Shown: in pieces, positions 1 through 11,699 of the stretch
Numbering within the stretch: the first letter of the stretch is position 1
How the letters are laid out: each line of letters begins with the position of its first letter
NCBI RefSeq assembly: GCF_963921235.1
Contig: NC_086108.1
Coordinates: forward strand, 85,810,001 to 85,874,000
Direction: 5' to 3'
DNA length: 64,000 nucleotides
Origin: Mobula hypostoma
Taxonomy: Eukaryota
Made by a program: the position numbers and the translations under genes
Notes under the pieces: generated by a model
What the model was told of the DNA's origin: nothing
What the model saw: the letters and a program-made list of their open reading frames with translations, nothing else
Databases searched by the model: none

Positions 1-860
1 GGGTGCAGAGGAGATTTACCAGGATGCTGCCTGGATTAGAGAAGCATATCTTATGAAGAGAGGATGAGTGAGATAAGGCTTTTCTCTTTGGAGCAGAGGA
101 TGAGGGGTGACTTGATAGTGGTGTACAAGATGAACAGAGGCATAGATGCACAGAAACTTTTTCCCAGGATGGAAATGGTTATTGCAAGAGGGTAAGATTT
201 GATGCATCTCATTTCCAATGCCTATATCTTCCTACAGAAATGAGATGCTATCGCAATATCTTGGGCATCTCATACTTGGACCACATCACAAACGAGCAGG
301 TCCGCAAGACCATCCAGCCCCACATTGGCCCCCATGAAGACCTTCTCACAATGGTGAAGGAAAGAAAGCTGAGATGGTACGGCCACATAACAAGATCCAG
401 AGGCCTTGAAAAGACCGTTCTACAAGGAACTGTGGAGGTGAAAAGAAGGAGAGGTTGACAGAGGAAAGGATGGATGGACAACATTAAAGAATGGACAGGG
501 AAAACGTTTGCGGTGAGCCAGGCTCTGGCACACAACCGCGACAGAAGGAACAGACTGGTGCAAAGCTTGACATGACGGCACCCCGACGACTCCACCAGGA
601 GTTAAGGGCACAAGGAAGGAAAGAAGGATGATTTTATGGTGATGTCAGAGGTAAGGTTTTTATACAGAGAGTGGTTGGTGCCTGGAATGTGCTGCCTGGG
701 GTGGTGATTGAGGCAGATACTTTAAGGAAATTCATGAAACACTTAGATACGTGCATGGATAACAGAAAAAAACCAGGGCTATGTAGGAGGGGAGGGTTAG
801 ATTGATCTTAGAGTAGATTAAAGGACCAGCACAACATCGTTGGCCTGTACTGTGCTGTTA
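1..860 (+). mobile_element. CR1-clade LINE 3' fragment, split by an RTE insertion (1-~201 and ~629-860)
   Basis: Encodes VQRRFTRMLPGL at the start. Resumes at 629 with 'cagagagtggttggtgcctggaatgtgctgcct' (QRVVGAWN motif) and ends in a 3' UTR 'ggcctgtactgtgctgt', as in the copy at 8497-11494. Confidence 0.85.
202..628 (+). mobile_element. RTE-clade LINE 3' fragment
   Basis: Translation EMRCYRNILGISYLDHITNEQV...RKLRWYGHITR...LQGTVEVKRRRG*QRKGWMDNIKEW is the typical RTE C-terminus; purine-rich tail 'aaggaaggaaagaagg'. Confidence 0.85.
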
Positions 861-861
861 T

Positions 862-948
862 GTTATTTTTTTTTGAGATACAGTACAGAGTAGGCCCTTC
901 CTGCCCTTTGAGCTGTGCCCCTCAGCAATCCCTGATTTAACCTGGGCC
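862..948 (-). mobile_element. 3' part of a V-SINE/HE1-like SINE, truncated by the hAT element
   Basis: 'gagatacagtacagagtaggcccttc...cctgatttaacc' matches the tails of the SINE copies at 28556, 45748 and 52918. Confidence 0.65.
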
Positions 949-3290
949 CAGTGATTCTCAATGGGGCGTTCGGAAGAAATAGAGGTCAGAGGGCATTCAA
1001 GATTCTTTGTGGGGGGGCAGCGGTAAGCGGCCCGAGAACTGACCAACCATTAGTAGATCAGGCACTTCCAAAAAAAAGGGATGAGGCACTGGAACACAGG
1101 AAGAACCTTAGAATTGCAGGCGGTGAAATAGAGACAATCAGTGACCTTGAGAATTCCTCTTGCGGTGTTCAAAGTGACCTCAGCTTCATATGTGCGGTCA
1201 AGAACCATCTTTGGGGATTATCAGACCTTACGTGAGTGGTTAATCTTGCTAACTAGGATAGTATAAAGGTAGATTGATGAACATCATCCCTATCCTGACT
1301 AACATTCAGATTCCGATCTGAATCCTTGTCAACATAATGTTCGCCATTGTGATCGTCTTCATCTTTGCCTCACCGTTTCTTTGTGTGCCACTACCATCGT
1401 TCCATCTGTGTCAACTCACTGTCATCATCAATATCTAATAGACATTCCCAGTTTGTGTTAATTTTTAATTTTAATTGAACCCGTTGATGATAGATAAATA
1501 CTTATGACGCAATCTTTATGCGTCTAAAGGTGGTGAAGTCTTGAATTCTAATCCTGCTAAGAAACAGAAACTATAGGAAGTTCGTAAATGCAATGTTATA
1601 TACCTGGAGTATGGTTTTATTCTGTTGCTGTCAGATCAGCTATGCTCCATGTGTCTTATTTGTAATACTGTACTGTTCGAAGGGCGGAGCTTAGTCATGA
1701 TGGTGCTAAATGGCGACTCCTTGCGTTGCAAATTCGGAAACAGCTCCATTTATATCTTTGATATCTCTTTTTCTCCTCCCTTTCAAGGTTCTTTTGAAGA
1801 CCCTGACCTGGAGTTGCGCTCTGACTTCAGTTCTTTGTGGGTATGGGACCTGCTCTCAGGGCCTCAAAATGGGCTGCTTTTTGATATCCCAAGGACGTGG
1901 CCTGGAAGACCTTCAGGGTGCCGGATTTTCATGGCTCTGGAGGCCGGCTGATTCACGGTTGGTGCCCCTGACTGAGGCATCGCGGGAGAACACTGAACAT
2001 CAGGAGCTGCGGTCCAGCTGCCGGTTGTGTGCCCAGAGACCTGAGCGCTTTGGGTGCAGAGCTTGGAAAAAGCAACGCAACAGACTTTTAACACCATAGA
2101 TCAACGAGTTGTTTGTTAGGCCTCCCCTCTCGCTGTGACACCTCTTTTTCCCTTATTAGGGAGAGAAAGAGAGCCTGTGGTATGTCGAATTACCGGGTGA
2201 ACGAGTAGTCTTTGGGGTACTGCAAGTCTGTGTCTTTACTGCATGCTTGGGTGCTCAGTGGAGGGCGCTGGTGCTTTTTGCCAGTGGGGGAGGCCTTGCT
2301 GCTGCTTGTGCATGGGAGGGAGGAGCTGGGGGGGTTTGGGATTCTAACGTTTAACTGTCATTCATTCTTTGGGGCACTCCTCTGTTTTCATGGACGTTTG
2401 CGAAGAAAAAGAATTCCAGGATGAAAATTGTATACATTTCTCTGACATTAAATGTACCTATTCAACCTAATGAGGCTATGAAACCATCAAGATTGCAGGA
2501 AAACCTCCATAAAAGACAACCTGAAAGGGCTACTTATGGTATTACTCAGTTCCAGAAGATGAAAGAAGGATTTGAAAAGTGTTGCACACTTGAATCATTT
2601 GCCAAGAAAGCTAAAAATAACCCTGATAGTGGTCTCATTGCTTCTTAAAACATTTCCAAAATGATAGCAAAGTGTGGAAAATCTCATACAATTGGTGAAA
2701 GATTAATAATGTCTGCTGTGTCAGAAGTGCTCACCATGATCTCAAAATGAATACCAGTACTATATTTTAAAATCAATTCCTCTCGGTAATAACTCTGTAG
2801 CTTGTTGTGTTGCTGAAATGAGTGAAGACAATGTGTACCAACTATTCACAGAGCCACAAAAAACAGAATTTGGGACACAACTGGATGAGTCAACTGTGCG
2901 AGACGACAAGGCAATGCTAATGGCATATGTATGGTTTATCAAAAAGTGGAAAAGTTTATGAAGAGATACTCTTTTGTAAAATATTAAAAACTAATATCAA
3001 CAGAGAAACAAACACATATTGAAGATAAAAGTATTCCGATTCGGAACATGATTTTTTTGTGCAACAGATGGAGCATCATATATTTTGGTTTAGTGGCCTT
3101 TATGAAAAAAGAAATTCCAAATCTGTTTGCAATCCATTGTGTAATTCATCATCAACATCTTGCAGCCAAAAACCTCAGCCAGTGACTTTTTTCAAGCATG
3201 ACTCTTGTAATATCTGGTATCAACAAAATTAAAGCTCATCCATTGAATAGCAGAATATTTTACCAGTTATGCCAAGATAATGATGAAGTG
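949..3290 (+). mobile_element. Decayed hAT DNA transposon, Buster/Charlie group: left end plus transposase pseudogene
   Basis: Left TIR-like 'cagtgattctcaa' at 949. BED-finger segment YLEYGF...MCLICNTVL (ends ~1676) resumes at ~2467 as NEAMKPSRLQ. Then HTIGERLI, IPLGNNSV, QLDEST (first catalytic D), ATDGA (second D) and IHCVIHHQHLAAK (CxxH). Many stops and frameshifts; no right end. Confidence 0.9.
1677..2466 (+). mobile_element. ~790-bp non-coding non-autonomous retroelement, unclassified, with a Rex1-type 3' tail
   Basis: Cleanly interrupts the hAT ORF between CNTVL and NEAMK. Homologous to 21636-22329. Ends 'aagaattccaggatg...tatacatttctctgacattaaatgtacc'. Confidence 0.75.
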
Positions 3291-3584
3291 TTACGTGTTC
3301 TTTCCTGATTCAGTTCCGGATATTTGCACATGTATTTGCAAACAAAGGAAATGACACGTGATCAAGGCCACAAGAAAACATTTTATTAGAGCTAGCACAA
3401 ATGAAATACAGAAAGAAGAAAAACAACTTGTCTACAGTAGGAGCAGTACAGAAATCAAAATAATACTTATCATTCACTGAACAAGTCGATGTGGAGGAGG
3501 CCACAGTTTCAACAATCTCAAACACAGTCTGTTTTCCTTACATGAACCCAGTCCATCGCAGCTGGTGTTTTGTTTTCCCTACAG

Positions 3585-4035
3585 TGTTGGAAGCTGAGGA
3601 GTGATACTATGGAGCAGGTCTTCCCAGCCTTTTTTATACCATGGACCCCTACAGTTAACTGAGGGGTATGTGGACCCCAGGTTGGGAACCCCTGCTATAG
3701 AGGTATTTAAAATCACGAGGGCATAGATAAGGCAAGTGGTCACAGACCTTTTCCCTGAGTAGTGGAGTCTATAATTAGAGATTTCAAATGAGAGGGAAAA
3801 GATTTAAAGAAGACTTAAGAAGCAACTTTTTCACACAGTGGGTGATGGTATGTGTAACGAACTCTCAGTGGAATTGTTACAGGTAGGTATACTTACAATG
3901 TTTAAAAGGCACTTGGACAAATATAGTATTTACATGGAAAAGACCATGGGCCAAACTCAGGCAAATGGGAGCAAATCAGGCAGGCAACTTGATTGGAGTG
4001 AATGAGTTGGATTAAAGGGCCTGGTTTTTGGCTGT
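3585..4035 (+). mobile_element. CR1 LINE 3' fragment
   Basis: IEVFKITRA, 'ttttcacacag', 'tttaaaaggcacttggaca' and a CR1-type 3' UTR. Confidence 0.7.
3615..3694. mobile_element. 80-bp hAT MITE with 8-bp TSD
   Basis: TIRs caggtcttcccagcct / aggttgggaacccctg (13/16 complementary). Flanked by ctatggag (3607-3614) and ctatagag (3695-3702), an nnnTAnnn-type Buster target. Confidence 0.85.
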
Positions 4036-4184
4036 ATATTTTTCTGTGATTCTAGTCTTTTGAACTTTGTTGTGAAGAAGTTAAGTTTAAGAATAGAAAG
4101 CATTTGTTACTGTTGCTGAAGGTGCCAGTGAGTCTGCACATGAACTACTGAATACAGTTTCGTTCTCCTTAAATTAAAAGGGGA

Positions 4185-4575
4185 CCATTTGCACTGGAGG
4201 CAATCCAAAGGAGATTTACCAGGCTAATTCCTGGGATGAGTTAATTATCCTATTAAGAGAGGATAGACACTTTTGGTCTGAATCCCTTGGAGTTTTGAAA
4301 ATGAGAAGTAGACTTTATTTAAACATATATGATCCTAAGGGGAATCTTGAAAAGGTAGATGTTGAGATGTTTTCAGGGCCTGTCTACAAAATAGGAAGCT
4401 GACCATTTAAAAGTGAGATTCATTTTTTTCTCTCAGAGCATGGTGAAGCTCTGGAATTTCACCAAGTGACATACTAAAGATGGAGATAGACAAGTATTTG
4501 TAAAATTGAGGAATTGAAGGTAATGTGGAACTACCCAGGGTCTGGAGGGCTATTCCTGCTCTTGTTCCCATGAGT
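4185..4575 (+). mobile_element. Old CR1 LINE 3' fragment
   Basis: ALEAIQRRFTRLIPGM...LSY*ERIDTFGL..LEF; ends 'gctattcctgctcttgttcccatg'. Confidence 0.75.
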
Positions 4576-5309
4576 TCTTCTCGTGTTCATGTGGCTAATG
4601 GAAATCTCTTTTGCCAGAAGGGAGTGTCTGCAGATTAGGTCAGTGGATTCCAGATGTACCCTCAATAGTTTACTGTGATCATAAAATGCTCTTTTCAGAA
4701 AGGCTACCAATCAACTTGTTGGCATATGAAACATCTATGTCTGAAATATGGCGGGACAGATTTTACAAACTAAATGGACTAGTTTAATTGAGCATTTCTC
4801 TTAGCACGAACATACGCTATTAGTACCGGTTACAAAGAGCAAGCAGGAACCCTGTTTTTCACACAGAAATGTGACAAGGAAGGAAGGTCTAGGATGGTCT
4901 TGTTGGGAGCTCTGAACTTATGGGGTGGACCTGATCCATGTGTTTTCCATGAGGAAAGTTCCTTGTGGCATCTGTTTGCCACAAAGTAGAACATAAGCAA
5001 TAGCCTGTCATCACAGATTCTGTTTTTGCTCAGCTGTGCCAGGCAGGTGATAAATCTGAGCTGATCATTTCAGTGTCCACAAAAACAAAAAAAAACTTCT
5101 AAGCAATTATACCAGGACTGAATGGGTTGTTAAACTCTCACTGATGCAGTTCCTCCTACTCTACTACACAAGATGTGCTTTACTGATTAAAATGCAAAAG
5201 AGTATAGGATAATATTTGCAAGGGGAAAAGATTACAAGGAAATTTGGGTCAAACAATTGAGCACAGATCCATTAGGTGGCTCTAGCAAAAAAATCTGCAT
5301 CGGACCATG

Positions 5310-6875
5310 CACATAAAGTTCTGGAGGAGCTCAGCAGATCAGGCATCTCTGGAGAGGAATAAACAGTTGGTGTTTCAGACCTTCATCAGGACTAGAAAGG
5401 AAGGAGGAAGCCACAATAAAAAAGGTGGAGGAGTGGCAGGAGTACAAGCTGGCAGGTGATAGGTATGAGCAGGTGAGAGAGAAGATGGATAGGTGGGAAG
5501 GGAAGGATGAAGTAAGAAGGTGGGAGGGGATGGGTGGAGAGGTAAAAGGTTGAATAAGGAATTTGATAGGAGAGGATATTTGACCATGAAAGAAAGGGAA
5601 CTACTACTATTACGTTGACTCAGGACTAGGGGGCCGGCATTGGGCACGATGACGGACTCTCCACTTCTCCCTCTCCCTCATCAGTGTGTTCAGTTCATCT
5701 ACATTAGCCGCACCACTGTCTTCTAGGAACGCGTTGACCATAGTCTTGGGAGGGCGCCCAGGGTTCATCCTCCCGTGCTTGGGCTCCCATATGATGACTA
5801 GGCTGGCAGGTAGCTCAGGGTGGTGTAGACAGTGCCCCACAAGTTGCAGTCTTCTCGCCTCGATTTTAGTGGAGAGCATCGGTAAGTTGTTATAGAGCTC
5901 AATGTTCGTCATGTGCTGTTGCCAACTCACGTCAAGAGCCATCCGGAGCATTCATGTATAGCAACCATCTGGAGACTTTTGCATAGTCTTGGTGAGTGTC
6001 CACGTCTCGCATCCACATGTGAGAATGGACTCTATGACTGCTATGAAAATGCTCTTTTGAAGACCTCTGGTCAGGTTCGACTTCCAGATTTCCTTCATGT
6101 CGTTCATAGCCCTCCACGCCAGCGCCTTCCGTATCTTAATGTCCTTCTCTGAACTCATCATTCTTGACCTGAGGTACTTGTAGTCAAAGACTTTCTTAAT
6201 GGTATCATTCTCTACGGTCTTGAGAGTATCTTCATCGCAGCTAAACGCCATGTACTCTGTCTTTTTAGCGTTTAGGTGAAGTCCAACTTTATTGTACTCA
6301 ATTTCCTCCATCTGGTCAGAGAGCAGGACTATGTCAACTGCAAAATCGAGATCTGTCAGCGTAACTGGTCTGACCCTTTTGGTTCACCTTGGTTTTATGG
6401 TAAAACAAAGCTTGTCATGATCTTTGGTAGCTTGAAAGGGAAGGTTGAGGGGAACCAAAGGGAGGTGATAGCCAGGTGAAAGGAGAAGGGGTGAGAGGGT
6501 AACTAGAATAGGGAATAGAAAAAGATAGAAGGAGGGAGGGAGGAAGGAGAGAGTCCTGGAAGTTGGAGAAATCAATGTTCATACCATCAGATTGGAGGCT
6601 ACTCAGACAAAATATGAGGTGGTGCTCCTCCAACCTTGGTTTGGCCGCATCACCTGTCAGCTTGTCCTGCTTCCTCTCCCATCTTCCCCCCACCCCCAGC
6701 TTCTTATTCTGGCTTCTTCCCCGCCTTCCTTTCCAGTCCTGATGAAGGATCTCGGCTGAAATATCGACTGTTTATTCCCCTCAATAAGTGCTCCTGACTA
6801 GCTGAGTTCCTCCAGCACTCTTGTGTGTGCTGTTCAAGATTTCCAGGATACACCGAATCTTTTGTGTTTCTGCAG
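5310..6875. mobile_element. PLE fragment in fold-back arrangement (minus-strand 3' end, then plus-strand terminal repeat), split by an RTE
   Basis: Minus-strand GIY-YIG C-terminus EEHHLIFCLSSLQSDGMNIDFSNF (6560-6635). 5310-5460 is inverted relative to 6655-6830. Degenerate hammerhead at ~6735-6770. Confidence 0.8.
5601..6433 (-). mobile_element. RTE-clade LINE, 5'-truncated, 9-bp TSD
   Basis: Minus strand encodes LTDLDFAVDIVLLSD (RT YADD-type motif), GLHLNAKKTEYM, DYKYL, ESILTCGCETWTLT, RRLQLVGHC and GRPPKT. Tail (tag)n at 5601-5610. TSD gaaagggaa at 5592-5600 and 6434-6442. Confidence 0.92.
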
Positions 6876-7470
6876 AAGGCCGGTAGGCAATGTGGAATCC
6901 TTCCAAGTTTTATTGTTCTTTGATTATATCATTTTTGATCCATGTACAGGATTACAGCAATTCAAGGTTCCTGCTGCTCTGTAAACAAAGACCACACTCG
7001 ATGATAGAGAATTCAAAGGCAGAATCAGCAGCAGTAGGGGAGACGATCAGGCTAACATCAGTATTGAATTTTTACACCACTAATTTCTCACCCTTATGGA
7101 AATTAATAGCAGCTGGGAGAATGTCTTCACTGGGAAGTGAACCTAGAACCAAGAGCTGTGCCTCAGGATGAGGGGTTGTTTTTTTACCATGAGGCCAATT
7201 CCATGAGGAGGAATTTCTTCTCACGGAATTCAAGCATTCTCTGTCTCATGAGTTATGGAGCCTGAGTCACTAAGCAGTGAGATAGACATTTTTTTTTAAT
7301 AATTTGGTGGAATCATGGTTTATGGGAACCAGATGAGAAACAGAGTTCTACCTAATAACACATCAGCTTATATCTTCAGTTGAACCCTGACTGAGGGAGA
7401 AAATGGCCTCCTCCAGCTTCAGTTTCTTATGCTCTGTGGAGTAGGTTAAGTAGCAAGCTTGTAGTTAGTA

Positions 7471-7765
7471 CGAGGGGTGATTGATAAGTTTGTGGCCTAA
7501 GGTAGAAGGAGTCAATTTTAGAAAACCTAGCACATTCATTTTTCAACATAGTCCCCTCCTACATTTATGCACTTAGTCCAGCGGTCGTGGAGCATACGGA
7601 TCCCTTCTTTGTAGAAGTCGGCATCTTGGACCTCCAGAAAGTGGGCCACAGCAGGGGTGATTGATAAGTTTGTGGTCTAAGGTAGAAGGAGATGAGCTAT
7701 ACAGCTTTCGTTTCATGAACGTGCAATTCAACTCTTTGAGTGATTATGCAGAAAGTTTGAAGTTA
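7471..7765 (-). mobile_element. Non-autonomous mariner remnant with a duplicated TIR
   Basis: Begins after TA with 'cgaggggtgattgataagtttgtggcctaaggtagaagga', repeated in the same orientation at ~7653. The intervening minus strand encodes AVAHFLEVQDADFYKEGIRMLHDRWTKCINVGGDYVEK*, a mariner transposase C-terminus. Confidence 0.85.
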
Positions 7766-8496
7766 AAATGTGAATTTTTAAAGTGAATTTATTGAACTAT
7801 ACATGAGTAATAAAATATATACATTTCCAACTGATATTTTACCAACTTCTTGAAACATGACCAATAAATCTCCCTTTTACCTTCGCCAGAGCTTCAATTT
7901 TGGAATTAACTATACAATTCTACCTCACTCGGAATTAAACAAATTGTGCCAGTTAAGTGAACTGACCCATTCCTTGAAAGTTCTAACAAGTTCAGTCTGA
8001 TATGAATGTCGATACTCATAAATTTCACAGTACAGTTATGGATTTGAATATCAACTGACTGAGAGTTACCAGCAAGATAAAGAGTGAAACCAAATATCCA
8101 CAAGCGCTTCACCGATTGCGGGTCCTGTTGAGAGTGAACCTGAAGACCAGTGCTCAGTGTACTCGAGTCTTGCTGCCTTCCAGTGTAACTTGTTTTTTTC
8201 GCTATGCCCCTACCTGATTTCTCTTTGAACATGATTGGATTTTTTCTACAGTTTGTAGCCATGGAGACTCAAAGTCTTAGCCCATACAGCAATTTCATCA
8301 TGTCATGCTGTGTTTTATGTGATGCTTGAATGCTACTCCTGAATTAAAGAAACATTTTCACTAATTTATTACTCTACCAATGCATACGCCATCACATTCC
8401 ACACACACTGTATTAATTTGGGTGTTAAGGAGGTGAGGATGAAAATCAGAAAACACTGCAGATTCTAAACAAGAGTGTCGATGAAAAACTGATTAC

Positions 8497-11494
8497 AAGG
8501 GTTTAAACTAATTTACAAGGGGGATGGGACCCAGAGCGATAGAGCAATGAAAGAAGTGCATGGAATAAAGCCAGATCTAACATATAGAGAGGAAAGAGAA
8601 GCAGAATAAAGGGTGTAAAGGTAGTAAGGTAGAAGGGCTGAAATGTGTGTACCTCAATGCAAGGAGCATCAGGAACAAAGGTGATGAACTGACAGCTTGG
8701 ATACATGCATGGAATTATGATGTAGTGGCCATTACAGAGACTTGGCTGGAACCAGGGCAGGAATGGATTCTCAATATTCCTGGATTTCAGTGCTTTAAAA
8801 GGGATAGAGAGGGCGGAAAAAGGGGAGGAGGGGTGGCATTACTGGTCAGAGATACTAGTACAGCTACAGAAAGGGTGGGTAATGTAGCAGGATCCTCTTT
8901 TGAGTCAGTATGGGTGGAAGTCAGGAACAGGAAGGGAGCAGTTACTCTATTGGGGGTATTTTATAGGCCCCCTGGTAGCAGTAGAGATACAGAGGAGCAG
9001 ATTGGGAGGCAGATATTGGAAAGGTGCAAAAATAACAGGGTTGTTATCATGGGTGACTTTAACTTCCCTAATATTGATTGGCACCTGATTAGTTCCAAGG
9101 GTTTAGATGGGGCAGAGTTTGTTAAGTGTGTCCAGGACGGATTCCTGTCACAGTATGTGGACAGGCCAACTAGGGGGAATGCCATACTAGATCTAGTACT
9201 AGGTAATGAACCGGGTCAGGTCACAGATCTCTCAGTGGGTGAGCATCTGGGGGACAGTGACTACCGCTCCCTGGCCTTTAGCATTATCATGGAAAAGGAT
9301 AGAATCAGAGAGGACAGGAAAATTTTTAATTGGGGAAGGGCAATTATGAGGCTATAAGGCTAGAACTTGCGGGTGTGAATTGGGATGATGTTTTTGCAGG
9401 GAAATGTACTATGGACATGTGGTCGATGTTTAGAGATCTCTTGCAGGATGTTAGGAATAAATCTGTCCCGGTCAGGAAGATAAAGAATGGTAGGGTGAAG
9501 GAACCATGGGTGACAAGTGAGGTGGAAAATCTAGTCAGGTGGAAGAAGGCAGCATACATGAGGTTTAGGAAGCAAGGATCAGATGGGTCTATTGAGGAAT
9601 ATAGGGAAGCAAGAAAGGAGCCTAAGAAGAGGCTGAGAAGAGCAAGAAGGGGGCATGAGAAGGCCTTGGCGAGTAGGGTAAAGGAAAACCCCAAGGCATT
9701 CTTCAATTATGTGAAGAACAAAAGGATGATAGGAGTGAAGGTAGGACTGATTAGAGATAAAGGTGGGAAGATGTGCCTGGAGGCTGTGGAAGTGAGCGAG
9801 GTCCTCAATGAATACTTCTCTTCGGTATTCAACAATGAGAGGGAACTTGATGATGGTGAGGACAATATGAGTGAGATTGATGTTCTGGAGCATGTTGATA
9901 TTAAGGGAGAGGAGGTGTTGGAGTTGTTAAAATACATTTGGACGGATAAGTCCCCGGGACCTGATGGAATATTCCCCAGGCTGCTCCACAAGGCGAGGGA
10001 AGAGATTGCTGAGCCTCTGGCTAGGATCTTTATGTCCTCGTTGTCCACGGGAATGGTACCAGAGGACTGGAGGGAGGCAAATGTTGTCCCCTTGTTCAAA
10101 AAAGGTAGTAGGGATAGTCCGGGTAATTATAGACTAGTGAGCCTTACGTCTGTGGTGGGAAAGCTGTTGGAAAAGATTCTTAGAGATAGGATCTATGGGC
10201 ATTTAGAGAATCATGGTCTGATCAGGGACAGTCAGCATGGCTTTGTGAAGGACAGATCGTGTCTAACAAGCCTAATAGAGTTCTTTGAGGAGGTGACCAG
10301 GCATATAGATGAGGGTAGTGCAGTGGATGTGATCTATATGGATTTTAGTAAGGCATTTGACAAGGTTCCACACAGTAGGCTTATTCAGAAAGTCAGAAGG
10401 CATGGGATCCAGGGAAGTTTGGCCAAGTGGATTCAGAATTGGCTTGCCTGCAGAAGGCAGAGGGTGGTGGTGGAGGGAGTACATTCAGATTGGAGGATTG
10501 TGACTAGTGGTGTCCCACAAGGATCTGTTCTGGGACCTCTACTTTTTGTGACTTTTATTAACGACCTGGATGTGGGGGTAGGAGGGAGGGTTGGCAAGTT
10601 TGCAGATGACACAAAGGTTGGTGGTGTAGATAGTGTAGAGGATTGTCGAAGATTGCAGAGAGACATTGATAGGATGCAGAAGTGGGCTGAGAAGTGGCAG
10701 ATGGAGTTCAACCGGGAGAAGTGTGAGGTGGTACACTTTGGAAGGACAAACTCCAAGGCAGAATACAAAGTAAATGGCAGGATACTTGGTAGTGTGGAGG
10801 AGCAGAGGGATCTGGGGGTACATGTCCACAGATCCCTGAGAGTTGCCTCACAGGTGGATAGGGTAGTTAAGAAAGCTTATGGGGTGTTAGCTTTCATAAA
10901 TCGAGGGATAGAGTTTAAGAGTCGCAATGTAATGATGCAGCTCTATAAAACTCTGGTTAGGCCACACTTGGAGTACTGTGTCCAGTTCTGGTCGCCTCAC
11001 GACAGGAAGGATATGGAGGCATTGGAAAGGGTACAGAGGAGATTTACCAGGATGCTGCCTGGTTTAGAGAGTATCATTATGATGAGAGATTAAGGGAGCT
11101 AGGGCTTTACTCTTTGGAGAGACGGAGGATGAGAGGAGACATGATAGAGGTGTACAAGATAATAAGAGGAATAGATAGAGTGGATAGCCAGCGCCTCTTC
11201 CCCAGGGCACCACTGCTCAGTACAAGAGGACATGGCTTTAAGGTAAGGAGTGGGAAGTTCAAGGGGGATATTAGAGGAAGGTTTTTTACTCAGAGAGTGG
11301 TTGGTGCATGGAATGCACTGCCTGAGTTAGTGGCGGAGGCAGATACACTAGTGAAGTTTAAGAGACTACTAGACAGGTATATGGAGGAATTTAATGTGGG
11401 GGCTTGTATGGGAGGCCGGGTTTGAGGGTCTGCACAACATTGTGGGCTGAAGGGCCTGTACTGTGCTGTACTATTCTATGTTCTATGTTCTATG
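8497..11494 (+). mobile_element. Young CR1 (HER1-like) LINE, ~3 kb, truncated at the ORF1/ORF2 junction
   Basis: Starts at the ORF1-terminal 'ggtttaaactaa' (GLN*). Complete APE and RT ORF2. 3' tail attctatgttctatgttctatg. Confidence 0.97.
8641..11425 (+). pseudogene. CR1 ORF2 (APE endonuclease + reverse transcriptase) with two 1-nt frameshifts
   Basis: [68 protein letters not shown]. The frame changes at ~9343 and ~11076; otherwise open (ORFs 8647-9357, 9330-11093, 11114-11425). Confidence 0.95.
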
Positions 11495-11699
11495 AGTCTC
11501 TATCCTGCTTCTCTTTTCACAGATACTGATTTGCTATGTGTTTTCTTTTTTTGCTGTTGAACAAGAATTTGCTGCTAAGCAAACTGAGAATTATTGCTGT
11601 CCCTGATCCTATGGGTTCCTTGTAATTTAAATGGTGACTACCTGAATTTTGTTAGATCTCTGGCAGTTTTCCTGCCTTGAGTCACTGGTGTGCCTCTTT

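Noticed and set aside
9344..10829. Multiple minus-strand ORFs of 70-130 aa, with similar cases at 17563-18071, 22312-22734 and 40567-41094
   Set aside because: Antisense shadows of LINE ORF2.
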